DNA of 61,997 nucleotides from a bacterium (GTDB taxonomy: Bacteria > Patescibacteriota > Patescibacteriia > CAZCGY01): contig JAZDGG010000067.1 of the NCBI GenBank assembly GCA_043807225.1, positions 1-61,997 on the forward strand, written 5' to 3'. The notes under the pieces are model-generated. The model did no database searches, had not been told where the DNA came from, and saw only the letters and a program-made list of their open reading frames with translations. Both the position numbers and the translations under genes were made by a program. Shown piece after piece: positions 40,035-52,831 of the stretch; position 1 is the stretch's first letter; every line of letters starts with the position of its first letter.

Positions 40035-42527
40035 ATGGTCCACGCGGAGGAAAAACAGAAAAACGAAGAGGATGGACTCTCTTCTGCCGAAGCACGGCGG
40101 CGGCTGTTGAAATACGGAAAGAACATACTCGCGAAGAGAAAAAAACACCAGCCGATTCTCGTCTTCGTCAAGAAGTTCAAGAGTCCTCTGCTACTCATTC
40201 TCATGAGTGTTTCCATCCTTTCTTTCTTTCTCGGCCAGCGGACGAACGCGACCATCATCTTTGCGATGGTGACACTTTCGGCAATCATGGACTTTCTCAA
40301 TACCTACCGATCGGAACGAACGATAGAAAAATTGCTGAACAGTGTGCAGACGATCGTCACCGTCAAACGAGACAGGAAGGAACAGGAAGTACCAATGGAA
40401 GTGGTCGTGCCGGGCGACCTGCTTCTGCTCTCCGCGGGGTGCATTATCCCCGCCGACGGCCGTGTGCTGCAGGCGAACGATTTCTATGCGAACGAATCCG
40501 CCTTAACCGGAGAGTCATTCCCAGTCGAAAAGCACGGCGGGGATCAGGTCTTTCTTGGCTCGGGTGTTGTGACTGGTGATGCAACGGTCGTGGCGGAAAA
40601 AACCGGCAGTGCGACCTCGTACGGGAACATCGCCGCCTCACTTTCGGAGCTTGCACCCGAAACGGAATTCGAGCGTGGGATCAAGCAGTTCAGTTATTTC
40701 ACGGCGCGCGTCACTTCCGTCCTGGTCGTCATTGTTTTTCTCGTCAACACCCTCCTCGGGAAAGGTCTGATGAACTCCTTCCTTTTTGCGATCGCTATTG
40801 CGGTCGGGCTCACCCCAGAGCTCCTCCCCGTGATCATGTCGATTTCTTTGAGCCGCGGGTCGCAGCGAATGGCAAAAAAATCCGTGATCGTGAAAAATCT
40901 TTCCTCGATCGAAAGCATCGGAGGAATGGAGATCTTCTGCACGGACAAGACGGGTACGCTCACGCGTGATCACATTACCCTGCTCCGCTGCATTGACGCG
41001 GAGGGAAACGATTCCGAAACGGTCGCGCGCGCTGCGTTTCTCAATACCACCTTCCACACGGCGCTCAAGAGTCCTCTGGATCTCGCCATCAACGAGGCGC
41101 GTGCGTTCGATGTTTCCCACTTCACCAAAATTGCAGAGTTTCCATTTGATTATACGCGCCGACGAGATTCGATTGCGCTCGAGCAAGAGGGTCGTATTCA
41201 GTTGCTTACCAAGGGGGCACCGGAAAACATTCTTGCGATCTCGGCAACGTATAACCACGACGACACCTCGGCGGCGCTGACGCCCGAAAAGTCTCGCATG
41301 CTTCAGCAGCGGTTCGAGCAACTGAGCGCAGAAGGTTTTCGCGTACTCGCCATCGCCGTCAAACAGTTCTCCGGCTCCGCGCCAGTAACCATTGAAGGGG
41401 AATCGAACATGCACTTCCTTGGCTTTCTGGCATTTCTTGATCCGCCGAAAGAAGGGGTTCGAGTCGCCATCGATAATCTGGAAACGCTTGGCGTGGAAAT
41501 GAAAATTTTGACCGGCGATAGCGACCTCCTGACACAGAAGATCTGTCGGGACATCGACATTCCGGTTCGCGGCATGCTGATCGGCACGGAGATTGCCAAG
41601 ATGAACAATGACGATCTGCAACGAAGAGCGCGGACAACCACCATTTTCGCCCGACTGACCCCCGATCAAAAGGAACGGATTATCCTGCTTTTGAAAAAAG
41701 ATGGTCGCACGGTCGGCTACTTGGGCGACGGCGTGAACGATACCCCAGCGTTGCGATCGGCAGACGTGGGAATCTCGGTCAACAATGCGGTCGATGTTGC
41801 AAAAGAGACTGCAGATATTATTTTGATGGAAAAAAGTCTCGACGTGCTCCGTGAGGGTGTCGTCGAGGGACGGAAAACTTTCCACAATACCATGAAGTAC
41901 ATTCTCATGGGTTTGAGCTCGAATTTTGGGAATATGGTCTCAATGACCGCGGCATCGGCGTTCCTCCCCTTCCTCCCGATGCTCCCTGCGCAAATTCTGC
42001 TCAACAACTTTCTCTACGATGCTTCCCAGTTGTCGCTGACGACTGATGCGGTCGATGACGATGAGATTCGCCGGCCACCCCGGTGGAATATGGGGTTCGT
42101 CAAACGATACATGCTGCTCTTCGGCCCGTTGAGCTCGGTGTTCGATTTTCTCACCTTCGCATTCCTCTTTGCCATCCTCCACCTCGCGGATGCGCACTTT
42201 CAAAGCGGCTGGTTTATCGAATCGCTCGCCACCCAGGTATTCGTCATCTACATTATCCGAACGAAAAAAGTGCCGTTCAGACAAAGCTGGCCGAGCCGGT
42301 TACTCCTTGCGAATACGCTCCTCGTCGTGATTGCGGCGTGGATGCTGCCTCAGACCCCGCTCGGAAAGATCTTCTCGTTCGGAGCCCTTTCTGGCACTGC
42401 GCTCCTGGGCATCGGGATGATTGTTCTCGTGTATCTTGTCGCAGCAGAGGCACTCAAACGCTTCTTCTACCGCCACCAAGAACGGACTCCGGTGGCTACA
42501 TCTTCACCCGAATCCCCGGCCCCATAG
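40035..42527 (+). CDS. mgtA: Magnesium-translocating P-type ATPase
   Basis: I take ATG 40035. The product has DKTGTLT, TGDSDLL, GDGVNDTPALRSADVGISV and the MgtA-type C-terminal region NNFLYDASQLSLTTDAVD. Confidence 0.9.
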   Translation: MVHAEEKQKNEEDGLSSAEARRRLLKYGKNILAKRKKHQPILVFVKKFKSPLLLILMSVSILSFFLGQRTNATIIFAMVTLSAIMDFLNTYRSERTIEKLLNSVQTIVTVKRDRKEQEVPMEVVVPGDLLLLSAGCIIPADGRVLQANDFYANESALTGESFPVEKHGGDQVFLGSGVVTGDATVVAEKTGSATSYGNIAASLSELAPETEFERGIKQFSYFTARVTSVLVVIVFLVNTLLGKGLMNSFLFAIAIAVGLTPELLPVIMSISLSRGSQRMAKKSVIVKNLSSIESIGGMEIFCTDKTGTLTRDHITLLRCIDAEGNDSETVARAAFLNTTFHTALKSPLDLAINEARAFDVSHFTKIAEFPFDYTRRRDSIALEQEGRIQLLTKGAPENILAISATYNHDDTSAALTPEKSRMLQQRFEQLSAEGFRVLAIAVKQFSGSAPVTIEGESNMHFLGFLAFLDPPKEGVRVAIDNLETLGVEMKILTGDSDLLTQKICRDIDIPVRGMLIGTEIAKMNNDDLQRRARTTTIFARLTPDQKERIILLLKKDGRTVGYLGDGVNDTPALRSADVGISVNNAVDVAKETADIILMEKSLDVLREGVVEGRKTFHNTMKYILMGLSSNFGNMVSMTAASAFLPFLPMLPAQILLNNFLYDASQLSLTTDAVDDDEIRRPPRWNMGFVKRYMLLFGPLSSVFDFLTFAFLFAILHLADAHFQSGWFIESLATQVFVIYIIRTKKVPFRQSWPSRLLLANTLLVVIAAWMLPQTPLGKIFSFGALSGTALLGIGMIVLVYLVAAEALKRFFYRHQERTPVATSSPESPAP

Positions 42528-43176
42528 ACGACGTCAGCGTCAGTGAACGAAGGTAGGTTCCTTTGAGATCCTGCGGGCGAGCTTTTTTCACGGCATCAAG
42601 AAACGCTTCGCAGTTTGCCTGAAGTTCGTTCTCCGGTAACGAGACCTTCCCGACGGCGCTGTGCACGTTCCCTTGGACGTCAGAACGGAACGTCATCTTT
42701 CCCTTGTGGAGCTCGGCAAGCGTCGCGCGAAGGTTCGTCGTGATCGTTTCACTCTTTGGGTTCGGCATCAGCCCCTTCGGGCCGAGAATGCGGGCAATCG
42801 AGGCGAGGTTCTTCATAAAGTCCGGCGTCGTGACCGCAAGATCAAAATCCACCTTTCCGGTTTGCTGGATTTTCTTCACCGAATCGATCCCCCCGACAAC
42901 ATCCGCTCCTGCTTCGCGCGCTTCACGTTCCTTCTCCGGTCCGACAAAGACGGCGATTCGACGCTTCTTGCCGGAGCGGTACGGGAGAACCACCGATGAG
43001 CGAACGATCTGCTCCGCTTTCTTTGTATCGATTCCCAGGCGGATGTGCATTTCGACGGTTGCGTCAAACTTGACGGTCGAGCTTTCTTTGACGATCTTGA
43101 TCGCTTCATCGATGGAGTATTCGCGCGCCAGGTCAATGAGCGCTCGTGCTTTTTCGTACCGTTTTCCTTTTGTCAT
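42496..43176 (-). CDS. rplA: 50S ribosomal protein L1
   Basis: The L1 pattern includes KFDATVEMHIRLGID and GKMTFRSD. Its 3' end overlaps the mgtA 3' end by 32 nt. Confidence 0.95.
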   Translation of the reverse strand: MTKGKRYEKARALIDLAREYSIDEAIKIVKESSTVKFDATVEMHIRLGIDTKKAEQIVRSSVVLPYRSGKKRRIAVFVGPEKEREAREAGADVVGGIDSVKKIQQTGKVDFDLAVTTPDFMKNLASIARILGPKGLMPNPKSETITTNLRATLAELHKGKMTFRSDVQGNVHSAVGKVSLPENELQANCEAFLDAVKKARPQDLKGTYLRSLTLTSSMGPGIRVKM

Positions 43177-43199
43177 ATGGGGAGGGATTCGGGGAGGGG

Positions 43200-44159
43200 T
43201 TATCCGTTATGTTGTTTCTTTTCTCGCCACGCCGTGCGCATGTGGTACCAGAAGAGCGGCATCGCGATAATAAGAAAGGAGAGTTCAAAAGAAAGCGCGT
43301 TCTGACGCGTCCGCGACGACGAGGAGGCGGAATTTCTCGTTTGCCAAAGATCGTAGTCGCCTTTCCATGACGCTGCGAGCGAGATGGTCTCGCTACTCAG
43401 GCCACACGCAGATCCACAGGTCACAATACTTTCAACGCCCTTGCGCTCTTGACTCGATACTTCGATCGGCACAGTTGCGGATTTTCCCATTCCGGTTTCC
43501 GCGCCGGGGATGGCCATGCGCAGCAGTGTATTGACGAGGAATCCCGCTGCAATCACGCTCGTCAAAAGCCAGACAAATCCCATCGCGGTAAAGTGCGTTG
43601 AGCGCGTGAGGTTGTTCCCCTCTTCGAGCGTCTTTCGATCGCGTACCACCAGACGCCAATGGAACAAAAAGACTACCAGTGCGACGATGAGGAAGGAGAG
43701 CGGCGTAATAATCGCTTGTGCGCGCTTCACCGTGGTGCCGCTGGTCTCCTGCCACTGCTGGTAGTTCTGCCGCCAGCTGCCAATATTCGACTTCTGCTGA
43801 TCCGTCAGTGTACACCCATTCGCGCACGACAGCGTCTCTGGACCGACGGGCGCCTCTGTCGTCTTCATGGGCTCCAGATACAGCGACGGGGGTGGCGAGG
43901 CAAAGTAGCCCATAAACGGGTCCGCGGAACGGAACACCCAGGCACGCATCCCGAGATCAAGCAGAGAAACGAGCGCCGCACCGATGAACAGCAGGGTGAC
44001 AAACGAGACGAGGTAGATATACCCCCGGCGGACAATGGTTGTCCGCCCGACGCTCGTCTGACGCGCATCATGCATCGCCGCAACACCAAGCGCGACCAAC
44101 GCCACGAAGGAGATGGCAAGAATGATAAAGAGTGCAGGAAAGAAAAATTCAGGTCCCAT
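43200..44159 (-). CDS. Polytopic membrane protein with an internal duplication (319 aa)
   Basis: It has two similar modules: LSCANGCTLTDQQKSNIGSWRQNYQQWQ...FLFHWRLVVRDRK and VTCGSACGLSSETISLAASWKGDYDLWQ...LFWYHMRTAWREKK. The gene sits between rplK and rplA. Confidence 0.7.
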   Translation of the reverse strand: MGPEFFFPALFIILAISFVALVALGVAAMHDARQTSVGRTTIVRRGYIYLVSFVTLLFIGAALVSLLDLGMRAWVFRSADPFMGYFASPPPSLYLEPMKTTEAPVGPETLSCANGCTLTDQQKSNIGSWRQNYQQWQETSGTTVKRAQAIITPLSFLIVALVVFLFHWRLVVRDRKTLEEGNNLTRSTHFTAMGFVWLLTSVIAAGFLVNTLLRMAIPGAETGMGKSATVPIEVSSQERKGVESIVTCGSACGLSSETISLAASWKGDYDLWQTRNSASSSSRTRQNALSFELSFLIIAMPLFWYHMRTAWREKKQHNG

Positions 44160-44164
44160 GATGT

Positions 44165-44590
44165 TTATTCTTGAATGGTAATACCCATATTCCGCGCTGT
44201 TCCTTCGATAATGCGCATTGCGGCGTCGATATCGTTGGCATTCAGATCCGGCAGCTTCTTTTCCGCGATCTCACGGATCTGCGCTTTCGTGACCTTCCCA
44301 ACCTTGTCCGTCAGGGGCTTTCCGGATCCTTTCTCAATGCCCGCGGCTTTCTTGAGCAGCTCCGCCGCCGGCGGGGTCTTGAGGACGAACGAAAATGAAC
44401 GATCTTCAAAAAGGGTGATCTCCGCCGGGATGACGTTCCCGCGCATTTCTTGGGTTCGCGCGTTGAACTGCTGACAGAACTCCTGGATATTGACCCCATG
44501 CGGCCCAAGCGCGGTTCCGACGGGCGGCGCAGGCGTCGCTGCGCCGGCAGGGAGCTGAATCTTGACGATCGTTTTAACCTTTTTTGCCAT
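44165..44590 (-). CDS. rplK: 50S ribosomal protein L11
   Basis: [30 protein letters not shown] supports the call. Confidence 0.95.
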   Translation of the reverse strand: MAKKVKTIVKIQLPAGAATPAPPVGTALGPHGVNIQEFCQQFNARTQEMRGNVIPAEITLFEDRSFSFVLKTPPAAELLKKAAGIEKGSGKPLTDKVGKVTKAQIREIAEKKLPDLNANDIDAAMRIIEGTARNMGITIQE

Positions 44591-44592
44591 CG

Positions 44593-45138
44593 TTAGATCT
44601 TTTTAATCTGAAGAAAGTCGAGTTCCACCGGCGTTTCGCGACCGAACATCGAGACGAGGACTTTGCACTTCCCGCGCGCTTCATCAATCTCTGCGACCTT
44701 CCCTTCGAACTCCTTGAACGGGCCATCGACGATGCGCACCGGCGACCCAACTTGGACGTCGATCTTATACTTCGGCTCTTCGACCCCCATGCGCTTCTGG
44801 AGTTCCTTGACCTCTGTTTCAGAAATCGGCGTCGGGGTGGTTCCTGAGCCGACAAAGCCGGTGACATTTGGGGTGTTGCGGACGACGTACCAGGAGTCGT
44901 CCGTCACGATCATTTCGACAAGGACGTACCCCGGGAAGATCTTTTCGGTCACCACTTTGCGCTTGCCGTCTTTAATCCGGATCTTCTTTTCGGTTGGAAT
45001 AAGGACGTTGAAGATTTTCTCCTCCATATCCATGGATTCGATACGCTGCCGCAAGTTGCGAGCAACGTTTTCTTCATACCCGGAATACGTGTGGAGGACA
45101 TACCAGCGACGGCCACGTTGAGCGGTTTGTTTTGGCAT
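44593..45138 (-). CDS. nusG: Transcription termination/antitermination factor NusG
   Basis: [14 protein letters not shown] marks the NGN domain and the C-terminal KOW motif is [18 protein letters not shown]. Confidence 0.95.
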   Translation of the reverse strand: MPKQTAQRGRRWYVLHTYSGYEENVARNLRQRIESMDMEEKIFNVLIPTEKKIRIKDGKRKVVTEKIFPGYVLVEMIVTDDSWYVVRNTPNVTGFVGSGTTPTPISETEVKELQKRMGVEEPKYKIDVQVGSPVRIVDGPFKEFEGKVAEIDEARGKCKVLVSMFGRETPVELDFLQIKKI

Positions 45139-45144
45139 GGGAAT

Positions 45145-45330
45145 TTAGGAGATGACTCGTTGAAGAATAGCGTTGAGGAGAAAATCAATCAATCCGAGAA
45201 AGAGCGCGACACCGAGCGAAACGCCGATGACCAGCAGGGTGTTGCGGATGGTCTCTTGGCGGGTTGGCCAAACCACGCGTCGGAGTTCGTCGCGGGATTC
45301 CTTGAGATACGTGACCAGTTTATTCGCCAT
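45145..45330 (-). CDS. secE: Preprotein translocase subunit SecE
   Basis: I take ATG 45330. The product MANKLVTYLKESRDELRRVVWPTRQETIRNTLLVIGVSLGVALFLGLIDFLL supports the call. Confidence 0.85.
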   Translation of the reverse strand: MANKLVTYLKESRDELRRVVWPTRQETIRNTLLVIGVSLGVALFLGLIDFLLNAILQRVIS

Positions 45331-45417
45331 GATCGATTCTGAAAACTCCCCGGATCGGGGAGAAATGCTCCGCTTTTGAGAATACACCACCCGAAAAAAA
45401 CACGCAAGCCGCCCTGA

Positions 45418-45963
45418 TTACAGCTGATCCCGCTTCATGCCGAGGGCATACCCGATTGCGCTGACGGTGACATGAAGGCAAAAGCCAACTCCAAGAGTCC
45501 CAAGGATGATCGACCATGTCGGCTGGAACAGCGGGAGGGTGAACAGGATTCCGCCGACGACGTAGTCCAGCTGGTCAAATGGGACAAAACGCCCACCGGG
45601 ACGAATCCCGACGCGCCGTTTGACCGCGCTTCGAAAGAGATCCCCGATGATCGCGCCGAAACCCGCAAGAACCCCAAACCAGACCGCCATATCCGGATAG
45701 TGGAAGAAGCCGAGTGGTGCCGCCCATGGAGTCGCCGATACCAGCTGCTGCCACCAAAAACCGATGATCCCGAAGACAACGGCTGCGAGAATCCCCCGGA
45801 CGGTTTTATGTGTGCCAAAAATCCCCCGATTCCCAAGAAGGCGATCAACCGGAATAGCGAGCGCGGAAAAGTGGTGGCGGACCAGCACCGGCGCGATATT
45901 CGCAAACCCCATCGGGAGAAGGTACCACGCGCATCGGAGCACAAAGGTCCACAGTGCTTCCAT
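45418..45963 (-). CDS. CDP-archaeol synthase-like (CarS / DUF46 family) cytidylyltransferase
   Basis: By eye the product aligns with archaeal CarS: LLPMGFANIAPVLV, GTHKTVRG, FGAIIGDLFRSAVKRRVGIRPGGRFVPFDQLDYV and HVTVSAIGYALGMK. ATG 45963 overlaps the upstream stop (TGATG); GTG 45966 is also possible. Confidence 0.8.
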   Translation of the reverse strand: MEALWTFVLRCAWYLLPMGFANIAPVLVRHHFSALAIPVDRLLGNRGIFGTHKTVRGILAAVVFGIIGFWWQQLVSATPWAAPLGFFHYPDMAVWFGVLAGFGAIIGDLFRSAVKRRVGIRPGGRFVPFDQLDYVVGGILFTLPLFQPTWSIILGTLGVGFCLHVTVSAIGYALGMKRDQL

Positions 45964-46451
45964 CACAAGAGCAGCTGAATCGTAAAGACAATGAAGAAGA
46001 GCAACCGAAGCGGTACGATCAGCATCCGCTGCTGGCGGACGGCCACGATCGCAAGAACAGTGTTAAGGAGAAAGAGCGGAAACCATGGGAGGAAGAAGGG
46101 CGGGATGACAAAGAGGACCCCCTCAGATGCTCGGTCAGCGATGATATCGACAAGTTGCCCGTGCTGCTGCTGAATCCGCGTTTTTCGATAGAGATACTTC
46201 CGTGCAATCGCACCGTCGAGTCCGTCAAGAAAAAGATGGATCACGAGAAAGATCCATGCGACGAACAGCAGCTGGATACTGACCGCAACGACAAAGAGAA
46301 AGGCGACGAAAATGGCGACAAGGGAAACGAGATCGGGATTGATGCGGGGAAGCGGAAATGAAGCGTACCATCTGTCAACTCTGGCGCGCAGCCGATTCCA
46401 ATACGCTGGACGTGTGTCCTCGATCCGCCTCACACTCTTCAATGGACGCAT
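45963..46451 (-). CDS. CDP-alcohol phosphatidyltransferase family protein
   Basis: I take ATG 46451, because the rest of ORF 45963..46640 overlaps gyrB. The motif DGLDGAIAR...GQLVDIIAD corresponds to Dx2DGx2AR...Gx3Dx3D. Confidence 0.8.
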   Translation of the reverse strand: MRPLKSVRRIEDTRPAYWNRLRARVDRWYASFPLPRINPDLVSLVAIFVAFLFVVAVSIQLLFVAWIFLVIHLFLDGLDGAIARKYLYRKTRIQQQHGQLVDIIADRASEGVLFVIPPFFLPWFPLFLLNTVLAIVAVRQQRMLIVPLRLLFFIVFTIQLLL

Positions 46452-46524
46452 GATCGCCTTCTGTCGCTGGGGACGAGGACGCTTCTGCGTGGCCTTCACG
46501 ACCGATGTGCGGGAGATCGTGCGG

Positions 46525-48965
<2,441 letters not shown>

Positions 48966-48973
<8 letters not shown>

Positions 48974-51308
48974 GGTGTGTGGTGCGAATGTCCGCGTGAA
49001 GGTGCGTGGTGAGCGCGGAGGTAAGCTTGATCAGAATCCGATCGACGTCCGCAGAGGTCAGCGTTCTTTCTGGTGATTGAAACGTCAGGTGGAGCGCGAT
49101 ACTGCGCCGATGCTCTTTCTTATAGACATCAAAGAGTTCTGTGGCAACCAATAGCCGATCGATCCGCGCGCAGATTTCTTCAACCTTGTCGTAGGTGACT
49201 GACTGGGGAATCCAGAAAGCAATGTCCCGCCGCACCGCAGGAAAAGGAGAGGTGCGCGTATACAGAACGGGAGAACGCACCGACAGAAGCGGAACAAGGT
49301 CGAGTTCTGCGACGGCGACATCCGTGCGAAACTTAAAGGCGGAACGCAGGGCTGGGGAGAGTTGCGCACAGCGTCCGACTTTCTGACCACTCGCGGCAAA
49401 CGTTTCTCCCTGGCCATAGAGCAAATCGGCTTTTTCCCACTGCGTGCCCCCTCGCGCCATCCCGAGCATCTCAAGCACGGCGAGAAGGTACCCCTTCAAC
49501 GCCCGGTACGGCTCCGGTTGGACGACAACGAGCGCACAGCGTTCCCGTTCGTCTGGGAGCGGCTTGCCGTCCTCAAAAAACGTCCGACCGGCCTCGAACA
49601 AGAATACCACATCCTCATCTCGCGCGGCCACCGAGGCCTTCTTGAGCAGCATGGGGAGGAGGGAGAGCCGAAGCAGTTCTTGGTCGCAGCTCAGCGGATT
49701 TTTTACCCGGACGTGCTGCGCGAGCGGCAAGCCGATCTGCTCCGCAAGTTTGCGGTCGTAGAACGGATAGGAGAGAAGCTCAAAGCCGCCAAGCGAAGCA
49801 AGCGCGTCAACAAGGTCGTCCCGGAGCTGCCAGATTGGAGGAACATCGACCGGCCGAAGCGCTCCCGAGAGCGCCGAAAGAGGCAGTTTTGGATAGCCGA
49901 CCAGCCGGCCAAGTTCCTCAATCAGATCCTCCTCAATCACAAGATCCTGCCGGTAGTCTGGTGAGTGAACGGAAAAACGTTTTGCGGTTCCACGAACGGT
50001 TGCGCCCTCCCGCGCGAGCAGACGCTTGACCTCTTGTGCGGTCAGGGAAAGATTCAGCACTGCGTTTGCCCGAGCGAGGGAGAGTGCAATGGGTTTGCGC
50101 ACGCGCGGGAGGGCGCCACGCACGCTCCTCCCTTTCCGCACCATCCCGCCTGCGATCTTTGCCATCAACGTTGCTGCACGGTCAAGGGCAAGCAGGGTGG
50201 AGTGCGGATTGACCGAACGCTCAAAACGGTAGGAGCTTTCTGATGCGAGACCGAGGGTCTTTCGTGCGGAGCGGATGCGGCCGGGATGAAAGACGGCGGA
50301 TTCGAGAATGACGGTTTTCGTGTTCTCATGGATGCCGCTCGCTTCACCACCCATGAGTCCGGCAATGGCAATCGGACGTTCCGTCGACGCGATGACGATC
50401 TGCTGGTCATTAAGCGCATAGGTTTTTCCGTCAAGCGCAAGGATCTGCTCCCCGTTCTTCGCGCGTCGGACGATGATTTTCCCTTTCGGCACCGCCGCTG
50501 CGTCGAATGCGTGGAGGGGTTGGCCAAGCTCCAGCATGACGTAGTTCGTCACGTCGATGATTGCGCTCACCGGCCGGATGCCGCAAGCGAAAAGCCGATC
50601 CTGCATCCAGCGAGGAGATGGTTGGTCTGCGGCAACACCCTCGATGATCCGCGCCGAATAAAGCGGGCAGTCGCTGCGGTCGGCAATGCGAATGGAGAGC
50701 GTTCGCGGCGGAAGCGTGGAATGATCGCGCCGTTCAGCGCCCGGTTCGCGGACGACACGGCCGGTGAGCGCGGCGACTTCGCGTGCGCAACCGAGGACAG
50801 AAAGACAGTCGGAACGATTCGGCGTGATTTCAATATCAAAAACGGTTTCATCGGCGCCGAGCGCGGATGCCGCTGGAGTACCAACCACGGCGCGCTGGTC
50901 GAGGACGAGAATACCCGTATGGTCGTCTCCGAGACCAAGCTCATCCGCCGCGCAGATCATCCCCGCCGAGGGAACGCCGCGGATTGATGCCGCGCGGATC
51001 GTCACACCGTTCGGGAGCGTTGTCCCCGGGAGCGCAACCGCGACGCGCTGGCCCATGCTGAGATTCGGCGCGCCACAGACGATACGCTCCTGTCTCCCCT
51101 TCCCGAGGTCAACGAGCGCACAGCGGAGACGATCAGCGTTCGGGTGCGGAGTGACTTCAAGCACTCTGCCGACAACGACATGAGGCGGAACGGAACGCCG
51201 AAGCACGCGTTCAACATTGATCCCAGCAACCGTCATCCTCTCGGCGAGCTGCTCAGGAGTGAGTGACACGGAAACAAATTCTTTGAGCCAAGAAAGGGGC
51301 AGTTTCAT
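48966..51308 (-). CDS. pheT: Phenylalanine--tRNA ligase beta subunit
   Basis: MKLPLSWLKEFV..., a tRNA-binding OB domain, and B3/4 and B5 regions support the call. Confidence 0.95.
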
Positions 51309-52333
51309 GAAAATTGTCTCAGAAAACGCAGGTCGCCGGTGTACGACATACGAATATCGCCGATCCGATACTTCAGCATCATGAGCCGGTCAACACCCAT
51401 GCCGAAAGCGAATCCGGAGTATTTTTTTGGGTCCACCCGCATATTCTTCAGCACGGTTGGATGCACCATGCCGCATCCCATGAGCTCCAACCACCCGGAC
51501 TGCTTGCACACGGAACATCCTTTGCCGCCGCACAGGTGGCAGCGCATGGTAATTTCCGCTCCGGGCTCAACAAAGGGGAAATAACTTGCCTGAGCGCGCG
51601 TGACGACGTCGGCGCTGAAAAAGTGTTTCAGAAAAGCGTCAATCGTCCCGAAGAGGTCCGTGAGTCGCACTCCCTGATCGATCACCAATCCTTCGCACTG
51701 GAACAATGCAGATTCGTGCGACGCATCCGTTGCTTCGTTGCGATAGACCCTTCCTGGCACAATCAGGCGGACGGGTGGGCGTCGCGTCTCCATCGCGCGA
51801 AGCTGGACCGGGGACGTGTGGGTGCGCAAAACGCGCTGCGTTCCGCCAGCGACATAAAAGGTGTCCTGCAGATCGCGGGCGGGATGGTGCGGCGGAATAT
51901 TGAGCAGATCGAAGTTATACCGCTCGGATTCAACCTCGGGCCCTTCGATGACCTCAAAGCCCATCGTGCGAAAGATCTCGACGATCCTTCGGATGGTCAT
52001 GGTCAGTGGGTGTCGATGCCCATGACGAACTGGCAAACCAGGAAGTGTCGGATCAAAAGCGGTCTCTGTTGGTGAGGACGTGAGTGCCTCCCGGCGTTCG
52101 CGAAGGAGTGTCATCAGTTTTTGCTTGCTAGTATTCACCATGTGGCCAAGCCGCGGACGATCGGCTTCGGGTGACTGCGCGAGCTGTTGGAGGAGAAGCG
52201 TGATGCTCCCCTTTCTCCCGAGAAAGCGCTTTTCTTCGCGCTCCAACGCCGCAGGGTCATGGGACGAGGAGAGCGCCTGTTCGGCGTCGTGCAAAAGTTG
52301 TGTCAGTTGTTGCTCAAACGTCATAAACGTCAT
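51305..52333 (-). CDS. pheS: Phenylalanine--tRNA ligase alpha subunit
   Basis: HPLTMTIRRIVEIF, HPARDLQDTFY and FPFVEPGAE support the call. ATG 52333 forms an ATGA overlap with the upstream stop. Confidence 0.95.
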   Translation of the reverse strand: MTFMTFEQQLTQLLHDAEQALSSSHDPAALEREEKRFLGRKGSITLLLQQLAQSPEADRPRLGHMVNTSKQKLMTLLRERREALTSSPTETAFDPTLPGLPVRHGHRHPLTMTIRRIVEIFRTMGFEVIEGPEVESERYNFDLLNIPPHHPARDLQDTFYVAGGTQRVLRTHTSPVQLRAMETRRPPVRLIVPGRVYRNEATDASHESALFQCEGLVIDQGVRLTDLFGTIDAFLKHFFSADVVTRAQASYFPFVEPGAEITMRCHLCGGKGCSVCKQSGWLELMGCGMVHPTVLKNMRVDPKKYSGFAFGMGVDRLMMLKYRIGDIRMSYTGDLRFLRQFS

Positions 52334-52701
52334 GTTGATTCGCGCGTGAGAAAAAACCATTCAAGAATCGTGAATCCCGCAAGCAGGAACGCCACATTCC
52401 ACCAGGTGTAGAGCTTCGTTCCGCGCAGGAGGAGCGTTCCAACAAGGACGAGGGAGAGAAAGAGCGCCTGGCGAATGGATACGCCGATGTGGTGATACGC
52501 AATTGTATCGCGAGAAAAGGTTCTTCGAAAGAGAAAACCGAGCAAGGAAAATGATCCAAGGAGCGCGAGAAAGAGCGAGAAGTAAAAACTTGCTAGCCCG
52601 ATGAAACCGGAAAGGAACGGGTCGATGTTGAAAAGGACGAGCACCCATGCCGTCCAGCAGACGAGCGTGCCGAATGCTGCGAGAAGAAGGTAGCGTTTCA
52701 T
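52330..52701 (-). CDS. Small polytopic membrane protein (123 aa)
   Basis: It has four predicted TM helices and is translationally coupled to pheS. Confidence 0.6.
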   Translation of the reverse strand: MKRYLLLAAFGTLVCWTAWVLVLFNIDPFLSGFIGLASFYFSLFLALLGSFSLLGFLFRRTFSRDTIAYHHIGVSIRQALFLSLVLVGTLLLRGTKLYTWWNVAFLLAGFTILEWFFLTREST

Positions 52702-52831
52702 GATGAATATCTGGCGGCAACGAAAATGCGGGTCGATTTCCGTGCATATTGTACCATTTTCTCAGGGTCTGAACAACCGAAAAATTGGAGGAAAAGTGAT
52801 GGATTCGACGCGCTGAAAAGCGTGTTTTTCC

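Noticed and set aside
40638-41885. 415-aa minus-strand ORF.
   Set aside because: It is antisense to mgtA, which carries all the P-type ATPase motifs.
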